DNA of 64,000 nucleotides. It comes from Octopus sinensis. Taxonomy: Eukaryota. Made by a program: the position numbers and the translations under genes. Where the stretch lies: positions 372,001 through 436,000 of the forward strand of contig NC_043013.1 of assembly GCF_006345805.1 (NCBI RefSeq), read 5' to 3'. Of the stretch, positions 13,649 to 27,851 are shown piece by piece; within the stretch, counting starts at the first letter, position 1; every line of letters starts with the position of its first letter. The notes below the pieces were generated by a model that was given only the letters and a program-made list of their open reading frames with translations, had not been told where the DNA came from and made no database searches.

Positions 13649-14099
13649 TCACATAAGCTTCTTGGAAACACTAATATTCTTCACAAGTGTAAAAACCAAA
13701 GAGAATTTATGATTTGAACTCAGAATGTAAAGAAAGGCAACCACAATATATTTTATCTGACACTCCGCTGATTCTGCTATCTAATCCACCAATATTATCG
13801 TCATTTTAACATCTAATTCTCTATGCTTACATTCATCATCATTTAACGTCCATGTTCCATGCTGGTATGGGCTGGACAGTTTGACAAAGAGCCAATGAGT
13901 CAAGGACTGCATCATACTCCAGTACCTGTTTTGGCATGGTTTCTACAGCTGGATGTCCTCTCAGACAAAACTTACTGGGACTGGTTTCCTACAGTTGGTC
14001 TCCCTATTGCCAGCTCTCAACTGCTTTCAAGCAAGGCAGTATTTTTGCTATTCCTTGAAACAATGACCACTTCAAAATTTGCAAGAAATATTGCAAACA

Positions 14100-15350
14100 A
14101 ATGGCAACTGTTTACAATCAGAATGCTAATGTCAAGAGGTTGATACAAACATGCACGCCTATACACATGATGGAATTCTTACAGGTTCCATCGACCAAAT
14201 TTTCACAAGGTTGAACTGGGAAGATAAAAGATACTTGCTTAAGGTTGCACAGTGGGACCGAAACCAAAATCTTGTGGTTGCAAGCAAATTTCTCCATCAC
14301 ACAGCTATGCCTACATGCAGTGCATGTGTAGTGTCGCAGCATTGCCACAGCTGAATAGCTGAAACCCTTAAATATTTCCATATACTTATAAAATGCCAGG
14401 ACAAAACCTCTGCAGCAGGAGAGCAAACATCTGTTTTAACTCACTGACTTGGCAGACTGAAGCCTTTCTTGAACACAATCCACCTGTTTGGCAGCCAGGG
14501 CACTGTGAAATGGCACTATTTATAACACCACCACATAGTATCTTTTTACATATGTGAGAACTGCACAAATTTGATGGTACTTACATATAGACTGATGTAT
14601 GGCACAGCAACATGGTACATATTTACAGCTAAGTGGACTGTACCACCAGATGGAATCTATACTGTACCATTCAGTGGTTATTTGTGGGAACTACCCCTTT
14701 CTCAATGTCACTGAGACAATAAGATGTAGATAGCTCTTATTTCAAATATTTGTATAGGCCTCCATCTGGCAGCTACTTGAAAACTTTGAGAGATGACAAG
14801 GTGAACTCCTTATCCACAGATCCATTCCTGCATCTTTGATGAAGGAGAATGTGACTCCTGATGGAAGTTACTGACCAGTTTCTGCACATTTTCCATGTAC
14901 TACTAAATTTCACCGAAGGTTTCGATTTCATCCCTGTCCTCAAGTTAAGAAACACTTGCCCAAAGCACTGAACATTAAACGAGAACCAGGAATGACCCGA
15001 TTGCAAATACCTCACTGCTTAAGATTTGTCTTAGAAGCTATAAATCTTCAGTATGTGGCCTAAATGACCATATAACAGAGGACTGCAACCTCAATCAAAT
15101 ATCAGAGCAAGTTTTTACTGATAACTACTGCTGAGTCACATCTCTTAGCATATTCTTCAAAACCATCCCATTTTACCTATTAACTCATGTGAAAAATGAA
15201 TCACCACTGATGCTTTACTGCCACACACTCCAATAAACAAAGTACTGAATTCTTTCTTCAAAACTGCTTTGTCTTGGGAATATTCTTGTCCACATTTTAA
15301 AATAACATTCAGATACATTCAACTTTTGAGTTGCTCGCCATTCCCTGACT
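14100..15350 (-). mobile_element. Possible highly degraded Ty3/Gypsy pol remnant
   Basis: Minus-strand fragments resemble an integrase zinc-binding motif (SH...MWW...AISQCPGCQ) and a pre-RT linker (LKKEFSTLFIG.C). Many stops, weak by-eye similarity only. Confidence 0.3.
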
Positions 15351-16734
15351 TCAGAAAATCCTTCACAGAAAATCAGAGCTCATTAATTCCTCTCTGAAAT
15401 TACTCACAGAAAAATATATAAATTCAAAAGTTAACAGTTCTCTTAACATATGGAAAAACAGCTGTTTGAGATTAGGAATAATACTCTGTATGAGTATAAC
15501 AGATAATGATTAAAGAATATTCTATAGGTAAACTACAAGCAAAACGAATACCACACAAATAGCCAAAATGTTAGAGTCCAAGTTGAAATGAGAAAAGTTT
15601 TGCCGTGTCCAAATGATTTATATATTCATGCATTTGGAGTCTTTCCAAAATCATCAGTGATGATGAGAAAACATTTGCCATTATGAATCAGCATTATTAA
15701 AAGCAAATGGCTTATAAAATCAACAAAGGTATGTCTATATGTGTGTTTGTATATGTATATTAATTTATGTTCAACCAATGGCTAAAGTATTAAGTCCTGG
15801 TGAATTAGTTTCATATTACACAGGAAATACAAATACAAAGTAAATTGCTCATATCTAACAAAAAGTGACCATAAGTAATTTTTCTATTCTTTGAAAGAAA
15901 AGAGATCAAAATGGAATATTGAAGTGTGATATCAAGTTAATAAAGATAATTTTTTAAATTACACATAAGAAAAAAAAGGCAATACAGCCTCTACATGCAA
16001 AAGCACATAATACCTAATGAGATATTACAAAACTAATGTTTAACGTTTGTTCCTGGGTAAGGTTGTTTTTTGTTTTTTTTGTACAAGTTTCGGTGATTTA
16101 CCAAAAACCATTAAATGACTTCCTGCTTTTCTCTCTCATACACACACACATACACGGGTGTGTGTGCGTTGTATGTGCATATATACACACACACACATGC
16201 ACTACATTAAATGAAAAGCATATTTGCCTTATACGTTACAAGAGATGCAATAGGTATCATAATTACTGTAACATCCTTTTTTATACATACAAATATATTT
16301 TATCAGTGAAAATTCTGTATTTTCTTATGTTTCAAATAGAAAAGGAAATATAGCGCTCGTCCAATTTATATCCCCTAATATCGAAAATTAAGAACTTTGT
16401 TTCAGTAAACCAAGATACCATTCCTTCGTGAAATTTGATGACAACTACATTTGGCTTTGGCAATAAATAGACTCACTTACAGAACAGATGGTGTAACCAA
16501 GAACAGATAACTAGCATGAATCAAGACTAAGAAGATCAAATAAATATTGAAATAAAACAAACGTTACATGTAAAACTTGTATCTCACAGAGATACATATT
16601 AAGCAGATTCTTTTTGCAAAAAACCCATGCTTCAAATAAATACAAAATTGTTCGAATTATAGAGTTTTATCACCTTCATCAGAAAAAAACATTTTATCTG
16701 CAACATTCCAGCGTTTATTTTTTTTTTTTTTCAC

Positions 16735-17030
16735 TTGCTTGAAGTCGGACTGCGGCCATGCTGGGGCGTGATCTCATTAAGTCTGGTACTTAATCTATGA
16801 GACCCTTCTTGACAAAACCTCTAAGTTACAGGGACGTAAGCATACCAACACCGGTTGTCAAGCGGTAGAGGAACAAATTCGAAGACGCACGCTCACAAAC
16901 AACAGTCTTCATCTATCAAATTCACTCACAAAACCCTGGTCGGGTCGACACTTTGCCCCTGGTGCCACGCAGGACTTAATCTGTACCACGTGGTTGCAAA
17001 GCGAACTTCTAAACCACACAGCCATGCCTG
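16735..17030 (-). mobile_element. tRNA-derived SINE family 1, internally deleted copy
   Basis: Shares GCGGCCATGCTGGGGC, CCGGTTGTCAAGC, AAATTCACTCACAA and the reversed head with other family-1 copies. Confidence 0.7.
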
Positions 17031-20000
17031 AACAGGAGACGAACACTGAGTCAACATGAAACGAAAAACAGCGTAGGGTTAAAACCTACGACAGCTTAAA
17101 TTATAAAGAAATATTGTTTCATTGAACACTTATAAAAAAAAATACGTAACAATTTGGAATTAAGGAATCTATATACATAGTGATCTGTTCCAAAGAGTAG
17201 AGCATAGCTTAATTTATAGCTATCAAGAATATGTACGAAATAATAAAGAGGGTGTCTTTCCCAGATTTCTAAACGATGGGATTTTTCAAAGCGAACATTT
17301 CAGAATAATCGTTTTGCTAACTTATCATAAATTATCTTAATAGAAAACATCAAGATATTATAAAAAGCCAAGACGAAATGCGTCGCTGTATTTAGTTACG
17401 TCCCTTTACGTTCCGAGTTCAAATCCCAGCGGAGTTTATATTTGCCTTTCGTAAGCATTAAAATATTGGAGTTGATTAAATCGACCACACTACTCCACAA
17501 AAAAAGAAATTAATTAATTTGCTGACCTCGTGCTTACGTCTCGTTATTATTTTTGATATGACTAACAAAATAAAGATCCAATCTTGTACTTGACTATTCG
17601 GTTCGGTTAATTGCAGCTGTTCAAATTTTGCCGACTTTTGTCGATTTGAGCATTCATTCATTTGGAGTTTTAAGAACCGGTAAGATATTAGATCGATTCC
17701 ATAAGTACTACAAGTATCCTTTCTTACAACATCAGGCTTGTCTCTAAGAAGAAGAAAAAAACGATTATTGTGATTATTATTATCATTATTATTAGTCTGT
17801 CCTCGCTACCGCCACCGCCATTTTTACGTTGATGAGGGTATTAAGATGAAATCATCAGTTAGACTCAGTAAAACAATACTAGGATGTCGGGTAGATTGGG
17901 GCAGGAGGACTTACAGGGTGATTCTATACCGTTTGTCTCAATCATTTATTTCATAATCCATCAAACACACATATTTGAGAAAAAAAAATTTTTTTTTCTT
18001 TTCCCCCATCTTTTACGCGTCGATAATACTTGCTAATAATTTCAACAATTGCAACAATAACGACATTAATAACAAACCGAATAAGGAATAGGGATTAAAA
18101 AGGGGGAAACGAATATTGTAAAACTAACGGTTAGACTTTTAAACAATGAGATTTTTATATCAGTAAGAAATGACAGCAAGTGAGAACGGAAGCAATCATG
18201 AAGTGAGAAGAAGAAGAAGAGAGACAAGAGAAAAGAGTGGAAGGAAACGGCCGAAAATCCACCGACACCAACTATTAATATAGACTAATTAAATGAACCG
18301 ATTTGCCAGAATGAATATATTAACTCGGTCTTAATATAGAAAGGGGTCCGTGTTAAAAAGGATAAAAGAAAAATCTGCTACTGGCCGGGCATCTTTCTGC
18401 CTTGCCTCAGCCAATTTATGTCTAGCGTCTGGGACACTACCGTTCCGTTTATTCAACATTCCCCGACCCCTAAGCATGAACAATACAGAATGGGGGGGAG
18501 GCGGGATTTCGGTGAAGAGGGAAAGGGACAATGTGCAGCCTAAAATATACGCAGATGAATGGAGTTGGCGGCGATCACTACTTCTCTGTGAGAAGCTTCC
18601 ATTTTTAATAAGATCTCACTTCACAAGGTCAAATATTAATCACATGGACATAACTTATAAACCAAGTAACCCCTATGGATGATTTACAAAAATTGTGGGG
18701 CGGGGGATAGGAAGTTGTGGCAATCATGCATCTCCTTAACATTAAGCGACAAGTGAATAAGTTCCAATTTAGGATTCGAAATCAGATTCACCAACAATTA
18801 CAAATTTCTTAAATAGGAATCAGATCCCAAATTTATGTTGGAAGAAATTAAGAAAATGTGACGTTCATGCTTTGCCCAATGCCATCTTTGGATTGGCAGA
18901 CAATTCGACAAAATAATATCAATGACAAAACATGTATGACAATGAAATAAGAACAAATGTAGATGTGGAAGTGTGAATGTATCTGTCTATCCTCACACAC
19001 AAATATATATATATAGCTTGATTTTTAATAGAATCCAAGCTTTTTAAAATAAAAATAAAAAAAGTACGTCGTATATCGTTTTCGAATCACTGATTGTACT
19101 GAAAACAATTAAAATAAATTCAATAATCTTCATCAATTGAAATGATGTCAATGTTTGTCTGAAGCACTAAATTTAGTCATTTGAGGTTTAATACGAAAGA
19201 GGTGTTAGTTCTTTCCCACTAACTTGACCGAATTCACAGCAAAAACTGGAGGATTTCTTTGTTACCAGAATATACCATAATAGACAAAAGAGGCAAAAAA
19301 ACACAAACTAATAGAATCATTATATTATTATTATTATTGCTATTACGATGTGAAACACTAGTTCCGATTTTTTCCTCTCCTACAAATTCCAAATCTTACA
19401 TGCCGACATTAAAAGATTTTTTTTTTAATCAGTATTATTTTTATTATTATTATTATAGTGGCCAACGCAGAGTTGAAACACTAAGTTCGTGACAAAGTGA
19501 ATCCATAAGTCAGGTTTCGAATCCTACACACGAAAAATTTCCTTTCCTTTATCTCTTAAAACATGAACGTATTAAGCTCCTATTTTTCTCGATCGCCAGT
19601 CTTGGCTATCAAAGCAAGAAGCATCAGGATTTTTTTCCCCCTTTCTTTTGGCAAGCTCTTAGTGATGAGGAACAGTTACCCGGTTTCCTTTCCTTGCTAT
19701 AATTCCAGCACTTTGTTAGATTCTTATTGCCTTAACATGACGACGGTGACTATTTGTCCCCTATAAATCTTAGCCAGTCCCTAAGATGTGGCTGTCCCTT
19801 AAAACACTTTACTCATTATTAACATTACACCCCGTCAAGACCCATCTTAATTACAATATGACATTCGATTGGAAAGTAGCATTCGATATCTTTAATTTCA
19901 ATTACGTATTATAAAAGAGAGGAGACCAGTGCTGACAACCTCTTCCCATTGTAAGAATCTCTGCAATCTTATCTCGAAAAGGTTCTTCTTTTATAGCAGA

Positions 20001-20057
20001 CATGACACACGTGACCACGTTCAGAGTTTCACCACGAAAAACGGCAGAAACACTCGA

Positions 20058-20096
<39 letters not shown>

Positions 20097-20336
20097 GATA
20101 TATATTAAATGCACACATTAATTAGAGCATGGAGCAAATAGAAAACGGGCAGAAAAAGCACCAATGTTAACGAGCAGATGAAGTTTAATGATTTTCTTTT
20201 TACGCTCAATACTTGTAATTTCTTTTGCGCTTTAAATACATTAAATCTAAAATATTTCTGCTGAGACTCACATCTCTGGCATGGAATTGCCATCATCCGG
20301 TGCTTCAAAGAGAACATTCCAACTTTACAATATATT

Positions 20337-20369
<33 letters not shown>

Positions 20370-20577
20370 AATATATATATATATAAATATATATAAATAT
20401 ATAATGTGGACATCAAATAGAGACGTTTCGTAAAATGAAGACCGAACGAGGTGCTTAGAATGAAAGTGTGCGAGTAGGAGAGAATTCATTAATTGTACAA
20501 AATGTAGGCAATTTTTTTTCTAACATGAAAAAGCATTTTATGAAGAGATTTTTTCTGGTCTTTTTAAATGTTACTCA

Positions 20578-21250
<673 letters not shown>

Positions 21251-21898
21251 TACTTCGCTCTCTGGTGTTTCTCTCAGCTCTGCAAACAACAAATAGGAAA
21301 CTGGAAAAGATGACATTTGATAGAGTTTAGGAGAGCAAGGCGATGATAATGTCATCTGTAGCTAGTTCTCACTCAAGAGGATGGACATATATTTAATATC
21401 TTACATGCGCATGCTTCTCTTCCTATATACGCATGCATGTATATGCAAAGATAAAATGTGCAATGTCTATAGAGAACCAAATTAGTATGGTGGTGGTGGT
21501 GGAATTGGATGAGACCAGGCAAATTTTGTTCATGAATCAGCTTTTCTTATTTTAAGACTTGATTTTAATCTGAAATGTGTTATCTGATAAGTTTTTTACA
21601 TTGTATTCACTTTCTTGGAAATATTAAAATATAGTTGACTCTATTTTCTTTTATTTATATATTTTAATTATAAAAACTACACTTTTTCTTTATGTAAAGT
21701 TATTAAGAAAAAGTTCAGATATGAAGAATATTTTGTTTACTCCATTACAAACCAGCAATTTGCCATCAGTAAATAAATATATAAACTTTCAATAGAGCCT
21801 GTCTAGACTTGCTTGTTGCATCTCATGAAAAATCTTTTCTCTGTACAGTTTACATTTTGTTTTATTTATTTATAGGACTAGACCCTATTCATATTTGC

Positions 21899-22149
21899 CA
21901 GTGGGTCTCTGTTTTGCCCCTGTGGATCCCTTTGATTCCTGTTTGATTCTACCGGACCCTCAGAGCCATTTGATTTTTTTTTAAATCCAATTGTAGTTTT
22001 AGAATTACATATTTGGAAATGTATAAAAAATTGCTAAGATATTTTGAATATTGTAGAAGCATAAGCAATTTATGGCAAAAACGTTTTAGCAGCTAAATCT
22101 TACTTGGACCCTCAAGAGTCATATGCACGGACCCCAGTTGAGGACCACT
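21899..22149. mobile_element. hAT-type MITE (degenerate CAGTGG TIRs)
   Basis: Left CAGTGGGTCTC and right GTTGAGGACCACTG resemble hAT CAGTGGTTCTCAAC termini. Internal GGACCC motifs are repeated. Confidence 0.4.
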
Positions 22150-22615
22150 GATATATATATATATATATACATTGCCACATTAGAAATAATCTGATAGCAG
22201 AAATTAAACTTTTAATAATACTTTGCTACTATTGCTGATATAATTTTAAAAATTTGGTATATATTCATGTATTTATGGGCAGGTGAAACTCAGAGTAGCA
22301 AGAGACTCGACCAAAATAAAGTATATCATTAACCTCTCCTACAGGATTAATCATTTTTCTGGCAGTCAACAAACGACACATATTTGGAATCCGAATAAAT
22401 CCAGAAGTATTTCTCTGCTGCTTTCTTCTGCCATCCTGCAGTGCAAAATGCTTATATATATATATTTAGGTGTTTTGAGGTAGAGCTGAAAATCTAAAAA
22501 CAAACATGCAAACATATGCACAGTAATGTCTAATTAGAGAAACATATATTTATATATTTTAACCGATGCCAGCACGAAAAACAATGGTAATGCTAATGAT
22601 TATGTATGCATGTAT

Positions 22616-23006
22616 GAGTGGCTGTGTGGTAAGTAGCTTGTTTACCAACCACATGGTTCTGGGTTCAGTCCCACTGCGTGGCACCTTGGGCAAGTGTCTT
22701 CTACTATAGCCTCGGGCCGACCAAAGCCTTGTGAGTGGATTTGGTAGACGGAAACTGAAAGAAGCCCGTCGTATATATGTATATATATATATATATGCGT
22801 GTGTGTGTTTGTCCCCCTAGCATTGCTTGACAACTGATGCTGGTGTGTTTATGTCCCCGTTACTTAGTGGTTCGGCAAAAGAGACCAATAGAATAAGTAC
22901 TGGGCTTACAAAAGAATAAGTCCCGGGGTTAAGTTGCTCGATTAAAGGTGGTGCTCCAGCATGGCCGCAGTCAAATGACTGAAACAAGTAAAAGAGAGTA
23001 AAGAGT
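22616..23006 (+). mobile_element. tRNA-derived SINE family 1, full-length young copy
   Basis: A-box-like TGGCTGTGTGG, B-box-like GGTTCAGTCCC, CORE-like CACCTTGGGCAAGTGTC, internal (TA)n(TG)n, and a 3' (AAAGAG)-like tail. Confidence 0.9.
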
Positions 23007-23250
23007 AGAGAATATATTTGTATATGCATATATATATGTATATATATATATAAAATGCAAATAATTAGAAAATGGAGAAATTATTTACATTGGTTCCTGT
23101 TAAACTCTTGCTTATCCTGTTGTTATCTGCACTCTACATTTATGGTGTTCCTGCACACCAATGCCTGAGGATAATACAAGTAACGGATACCGACAGTAAA
23201 TACAGATATTTTATCCCTTAGTTGGTTATTATAACTGCTAACTCTATTTA

Positions 23251-23283
<33 letters not shown>

Positions 23284-23287
<4 letters not shown>

Positions 23288-24295
23288 AGCTTAAACACCT
23301 CACTCCATGTAGACTTTTAAGCTAACTCCAGCAGAGAGCTAATTGGGCCTGTGGCCCAAAACTAAACTCAGCTAAATAGCATGACTATAATATGTCTATA
23401 ATAACTATAAGACTTGATAGTGTATGATCAGAGGTTAAGGATGGGTGAGAATTATTAATTCTATAATGCAGTCCCAAGTTGAATTCCAACCGTTGACCAA
23501 TTTGTCCCAAAGTTCTTATCTCAACATGAAATTAATGAAGTGAATGTCATTTATCTCCCCCTTGGTCTCTGACGTCATCTGACAAGTGCCAACCAAGATG
23601 GCATGAATCAGCCAAGCTTTACCTGCTAGAAATAGCAATCCAAATGCTTTTAAATAAGATCCCAGTTCTGGATGTTCAAGAACCAAATGAAGAGCTGATC
23701 TTCAATCCTGAGATCATCCTGATTCCAAAATGCTATAATATCTCTATGTAGAGCAAATGTAGACTGAAATACAGGGGACCCAGACAGAGAGAGAGAGACA
23801 GAATTTTGCTTTTATTGTTATAGTTATATCAGTATTACTTATCTCTCTACCCTGAAGACGGATGCCAGAGCTATCTAATGGTTATATGCTTCTGTATACA
23901 ACAGGCTTCTTTTCAATTTTTATACATACATATATATATATATATATATTATATATATACAAGCTTAAACACCTCACTCCATGTAGACTTTTAAGCTAAC
24001 TCCAGCAGAGAGCTAATTGGGCCTGTGGCCCAAAACTAAACTCAGCTAAATAGCATGACTATAATATGTCTATAATAACTATAAGACTTGATAGTGTATG
24101 ATCAGAGGTTAAGGATGGGTGAGAATTATTAATTCTATAATGCAGTCCCAAGTTGAATTCCAACCGTTGACCAATTTGTCCCAAAGTTCTTATCTCAACA
24201 TGAAATTAATGAAGTGAATGTCATTTATCTCCCCCTTGGTCTCTGACGTCATATACACTTTAGATGAGTTGTAGTGCACCTGAGCACTGTACACA

Positions 24296-24327
<32 letters not shown>

Positions 24328-24698
24328 CTGACAAGTGCCAACCAAGATGGCATGAATCAGCCAAGCTTTACCTGCTAGAAATAGCAATCCAAATGCTTTT
24401 AAATAAGATCCCAGTTCTGGATGTTCAAGAACCAAATGAAGAGCTGATCTTCAATCCTGAGATCATCCTGATTCCAAAATGCTATAATATCTCTATGTAG
24501 AGCAAATGTAGACTGAAATACAGGGGACCCAGACAGAGAGAGAGAGACAGAATTTTGCTTTTATTGTTATAGTTATATCAGTATTACTTATCTCTCTACC
24601 CTGAAGACGGATGCCAGAGCTATCTAATGGTTATATGCTTCTGTATACAACAGGCTTCTTTTCAATTTTTATACATACATATATATATATATATATAT
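23284..24698. repeat. Two-copy tandem duplication of a ~674-bp unit bounded by (TA)n, with a 75-nt insertion in copy 2
   Basis: 23284-23957 and 23958-24698 are essentially identical by eye, except for 24253-24327 (ATACACTTTAGATGAGTTGTAGTGCACCTGAGCACTGTACACA-(ATT)n), which is absent in copy 1 (GACGTCAT|CTGACAAG). Confidence 0.95.
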
Positions 24699-24886
24699 TA
24701 ATAGTAATTGTTTGACAACAAAACAATGAATGAGACCTTGATATTATGTAAATAGAGGAATTTATCTGTAATATAATATGTGACAATTATTTGGTTGCCT
24801 TAATAAAACTGAGTTTCGGATGGTGGGGCAGAAATCTGCTCCGACATCTCGTCAGTTATTAAGACTATCAAAACATATATACATAT

Positions 24887-25301
24887 ATATTGTTATATTT
24901 CGGAATGGTCATTTTGCCAGTTAAGCCAATAAAAACACACGCGCTATATATTTGGTGTTATTTTGCTTCAGTGTTATTTATTTTTTACATTAATCTTAAT
25001 CTTATTTCGGCCAGAGTTCTTTCGTCACACTCCTGTGACCGCATCAGTGGTCCTTTGTTTTCTTCTTTCTTATTTGTGTCTCTCCATGGCTGACGGTTAG
25101 TAAGAGAGACACAAATAAGAAAGAAGAAAACAAAGGACCACTGATGCGGTCACAGGAGTGTGACGAAAGAACTCTGGCCGAAATAAGATTAAGATTAATG
25201 TAAAAAATAAATAACACTGAAGCAAAATAACACCAAATATATAGTGCGTGTGTTTTTATTGGCTAAACTGGCAAAATGACCATTCCGAAATATAACAATA
25301 T
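24887..25301. repeat. 415-bp foldback: ~198-bp inverted arms with a 19-nt spacer
   Basis: 24887-25084 is the reverse complement of 25104-25301, with about two mismatches seen. Spacer CATGGCTGACGGTTAGTAA. Confidence 0.97.
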
Positions 25302-25377
25302 CTGTTTCAACACACGACTTCACATAAAAAATCTTGCACAACAAATATTTAAACGTATATATATATATATATATGTA

Positions 25378-25865
25378 TGTATGGTGGTTGTCTACTCCTT
25401 ATGCAGAGTTTGAGCACCTCCTATACCTACACCTTAGCACCATCATCGCATCTGATGTGGCTTTTTAAACCAATTTTCTGAAAAGACATAGATTGCACCT
25501 CCGATTTGGACCACCAAGGGCTGCAGATAAGTTCTGCTCTTTGAGGATCTTAACATGTCTTTTCAGGCCTCTGTTGCATTTGCAAACCTTTTGCCATACA
25601 CTGCATTCAAAGGTGTGCTCAGACATATTGGCAGAATAGTTGGTGGAGATTTATTTTCCATGTGTTTGCTGATGAGATTTAAGGCAGCAAAAGACAGGCC
25701 TGGTCTGCTACAGACTGTGCACACAAAAAGGTCATTGTCCTTCACCTTGTCAATCGTTACATTCTTCCATAGATCTCTTTTGAGTCTTACTTGTGTTATC
25801 CTGGCCTCTTCGAATGCTTTCACTTTTGTTTACCATCCAACTTGATCTGAAGCAAGGGTTTCTAT
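25378..25865 (-). mobile_element. LINE 3' fragment with C2H2-like finger (same family as 9258-9890)
   Basis: Colinear with 9258-9760. ORF 25563-25823(-) contains FVCTVCSRP. Confidence 0.6.
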
Positions 25866-25894
25866 ATATATACATCCATATACTTTCTTTTTCT

Positions 25895-26284
25895 TTTTTT
25901 ATTTGTTTCAGTCATTTGATTGTGGCCGTGCTGGAGCACTGCCTTTAGTCAAGCAACTTGACCTCAAGACTTATTCTTTGTAAGCCTAATACTTATTCTA
26001 TCGGTCTCTTTTGCCAAACTGCTAAGCTACGAGGACGTAAACACACCAGCATCAGTTGTCATGCGATATTGGGGGAACAAACCCAGACACATAAACATAT
26101 ACATACATACATATATATATACGATGGGCTTCTTTCAGTTTCCATCTACCAAATCCACTGACAAGGCTTTGGTCGGCCCAAGGCTATAGTAGAAGAACTT
26201 GCTCAAGGTGGCATGCAGTGGGACTGAACCTGGAACCATGTGGTTGGTAAGCAAGCTACTTACCATGCAGTCACTCCTGTGCCT
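25895..26284 (-). mobile_element. tRNA-derived SINE family 1
   Basis: Reverse complement of 22616-23006. Confidence 0.9.
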
Positions 26285-26639
26285 ATATATATATATATAT
26301 CAATATTACTTATCTCTCCACCCTGAAGACAGAGGCCAGATCTACCTAATGTTTATATGCTTTTACTACTGACTGCATATCCTTCAATTTTCGCAGACTA
26401 GATCTGCCAAATTTATGAAGTAATTCTGAGTTCCCAGAAACTGCTGTCGGCCCTGTAACACCATATCTTCTCCCCTTAATTTTCTTTGTTTTTGTATTCT
26501 GTGTAAGTTTCCTCTGGTAATAAATAATTTTTTTTTCTTTTACTTGTTTCAGTCATTTGGCTGTGGCCTTTGTGACTATCAGAGTCAACATTCTCCTGCA
26601 ATTTTTCCAACCCTTTCTTACTCTAACTATTACTATACT

Positions 26640-27000
26640 TTCATAACAGCTACCAACACTAATTGGGAGAATAAATATCACTGATAAACTGTCAAAGTTC
26701 TAGGCCTTCATTCCATAAATTTGCCTAGCAGAAACCATGCCAGTCCATCTATTACATCCAAAGTCCTGCTTCTCTGTTTGCACAGCTATTCTTATACTCA
26801 TTGCACAGAGTACAATGTTTTACATTCACATTTTCCTATATTTTATAGAAAACTACTCTACAGTTGGTAGTGAAATTTTGCCCTCTGTTATTAATTACTA
26901 TTTTGACCTTTGTCATATTGACCTTTAGGCTTACTTCAGGACATTCTTCCAAACTTTAAACTTTTTCAGCAGCCCTTCAACAAATTCTGCAACAAATACA
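26640..27000 (-). mobile_element. Degraded RTE LINE RT fragment
   Basis: Minus strand reads EGLLKKFKVWKNVL..LKVNMTKVK, followed by a decayed finger region as in the younger RTE copies. Confidence 0.55.
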
Positions 27001-27640
27001 TAATAATGATGATGGATGTCATGTTAAAATTGACAAAGGATATTCCAGTTGTTTGACTCAAAGAACTTGGAATATTCCACAGATACTAAATCAGTGACAT
27101 TGTGACTGTCAAGGCCAACTCATTGAATAAAAAATTCCTTTGATGAATACCACAAAGTTTCTATCTAACCTCCTTAGTGGTTAGCAATGCCTATACCTAT
27201 ACATCATATAAAATATATAGCTGAATCAAACTGAAATTAAATGAATGTACATAACTGGTTGGAGAAAATTCAAAGAATTTTTACCTCTATTGCTAATGAA
27301 AGTCCTCTCTCACAGAAGCAGATTGTATGATGCTTGTCTGTCTATATTCTCCTCATTTCTAATGCCACTGAGGTCGACTTTTACTTTCATCCTTTTGGGG
27401 TTGATAAAATAAGTACCAGTCATGTACTGGGATCGTTGTAACTGACACTTTCCCCAAAACTGTTGGCCTTGTGCCAGAATTTAAAACCAGTTATTAATCA
27501 TTAAGCTGATGCTATGTTTTCCTTACCATATGTGGACTGGTACACTATGAATTGTCCAGTAACTGACAATCTGGTACCTCTTCTAATGCAGGCATTATTA
27601 TGTGACAGACACTTCATAAATTTACAGTAACCATTATTAA

Positions 27641-27851
27641 CCCTTTCGTTACCAACTCAGCTGAAACCGCTGAGTACAAATGTCTTGTTTTCATAAGGTT
27701 TGAATTAAAATCTTCCACCAAACCTTAGTCACAATTTATGTTCCTGACACTAGCTGAATGACAACTAAGTTATTTTACTAAATTCTTTGTTATATTTAAA
27801 GTAATTGAAAGAAACACAGAACATCACAAAATAAATACAGTAACGAAAGGG
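27641..27851. mobile_element. piggyBac-type MITE (211 bp)
   Basis: TTAA|CCCTTTCGTTAC ... GTAACGAAAGGG|TTAA: perfect 12-bp TIRs starting CCC, with a TTAA target duplication. Confidence 0.9.

Noticed and set aside
15650-15720. TGATGA (box C-like) motif suggesting an intronic C/D snoRNA.
   Set aside because: No matching box D CTGA with a terminal stem at a suitable distance.
359-17661. A phase-compatible minus-strand exon chain can be assembled (17538-17661, 16481-16526, 11536-11569, 9121-9159, 5293-5472, 359-397), giving a 153-aa protein that includes the 60-codon segment YMKEKYLVDFLREINVESYIWASS...VPYLASPGPW.
   Set aside because: I hand-picked the exons from many GT/AG-flanked options in AT-rich DNA. 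The product matches no family I recognise, and it would sit on the same strand inside the CK2alpha intron. RNA-seq would be needed.
18350-18682. ORF ending HMDITYKPSNPYG, reminiscent of B9D1 (PIDVTFKSTNPYGW).
   Set aside because: Upstream residues do not match B9 domains, there is a stop where W is expected, and there is no splice donor. Likely coincidence.
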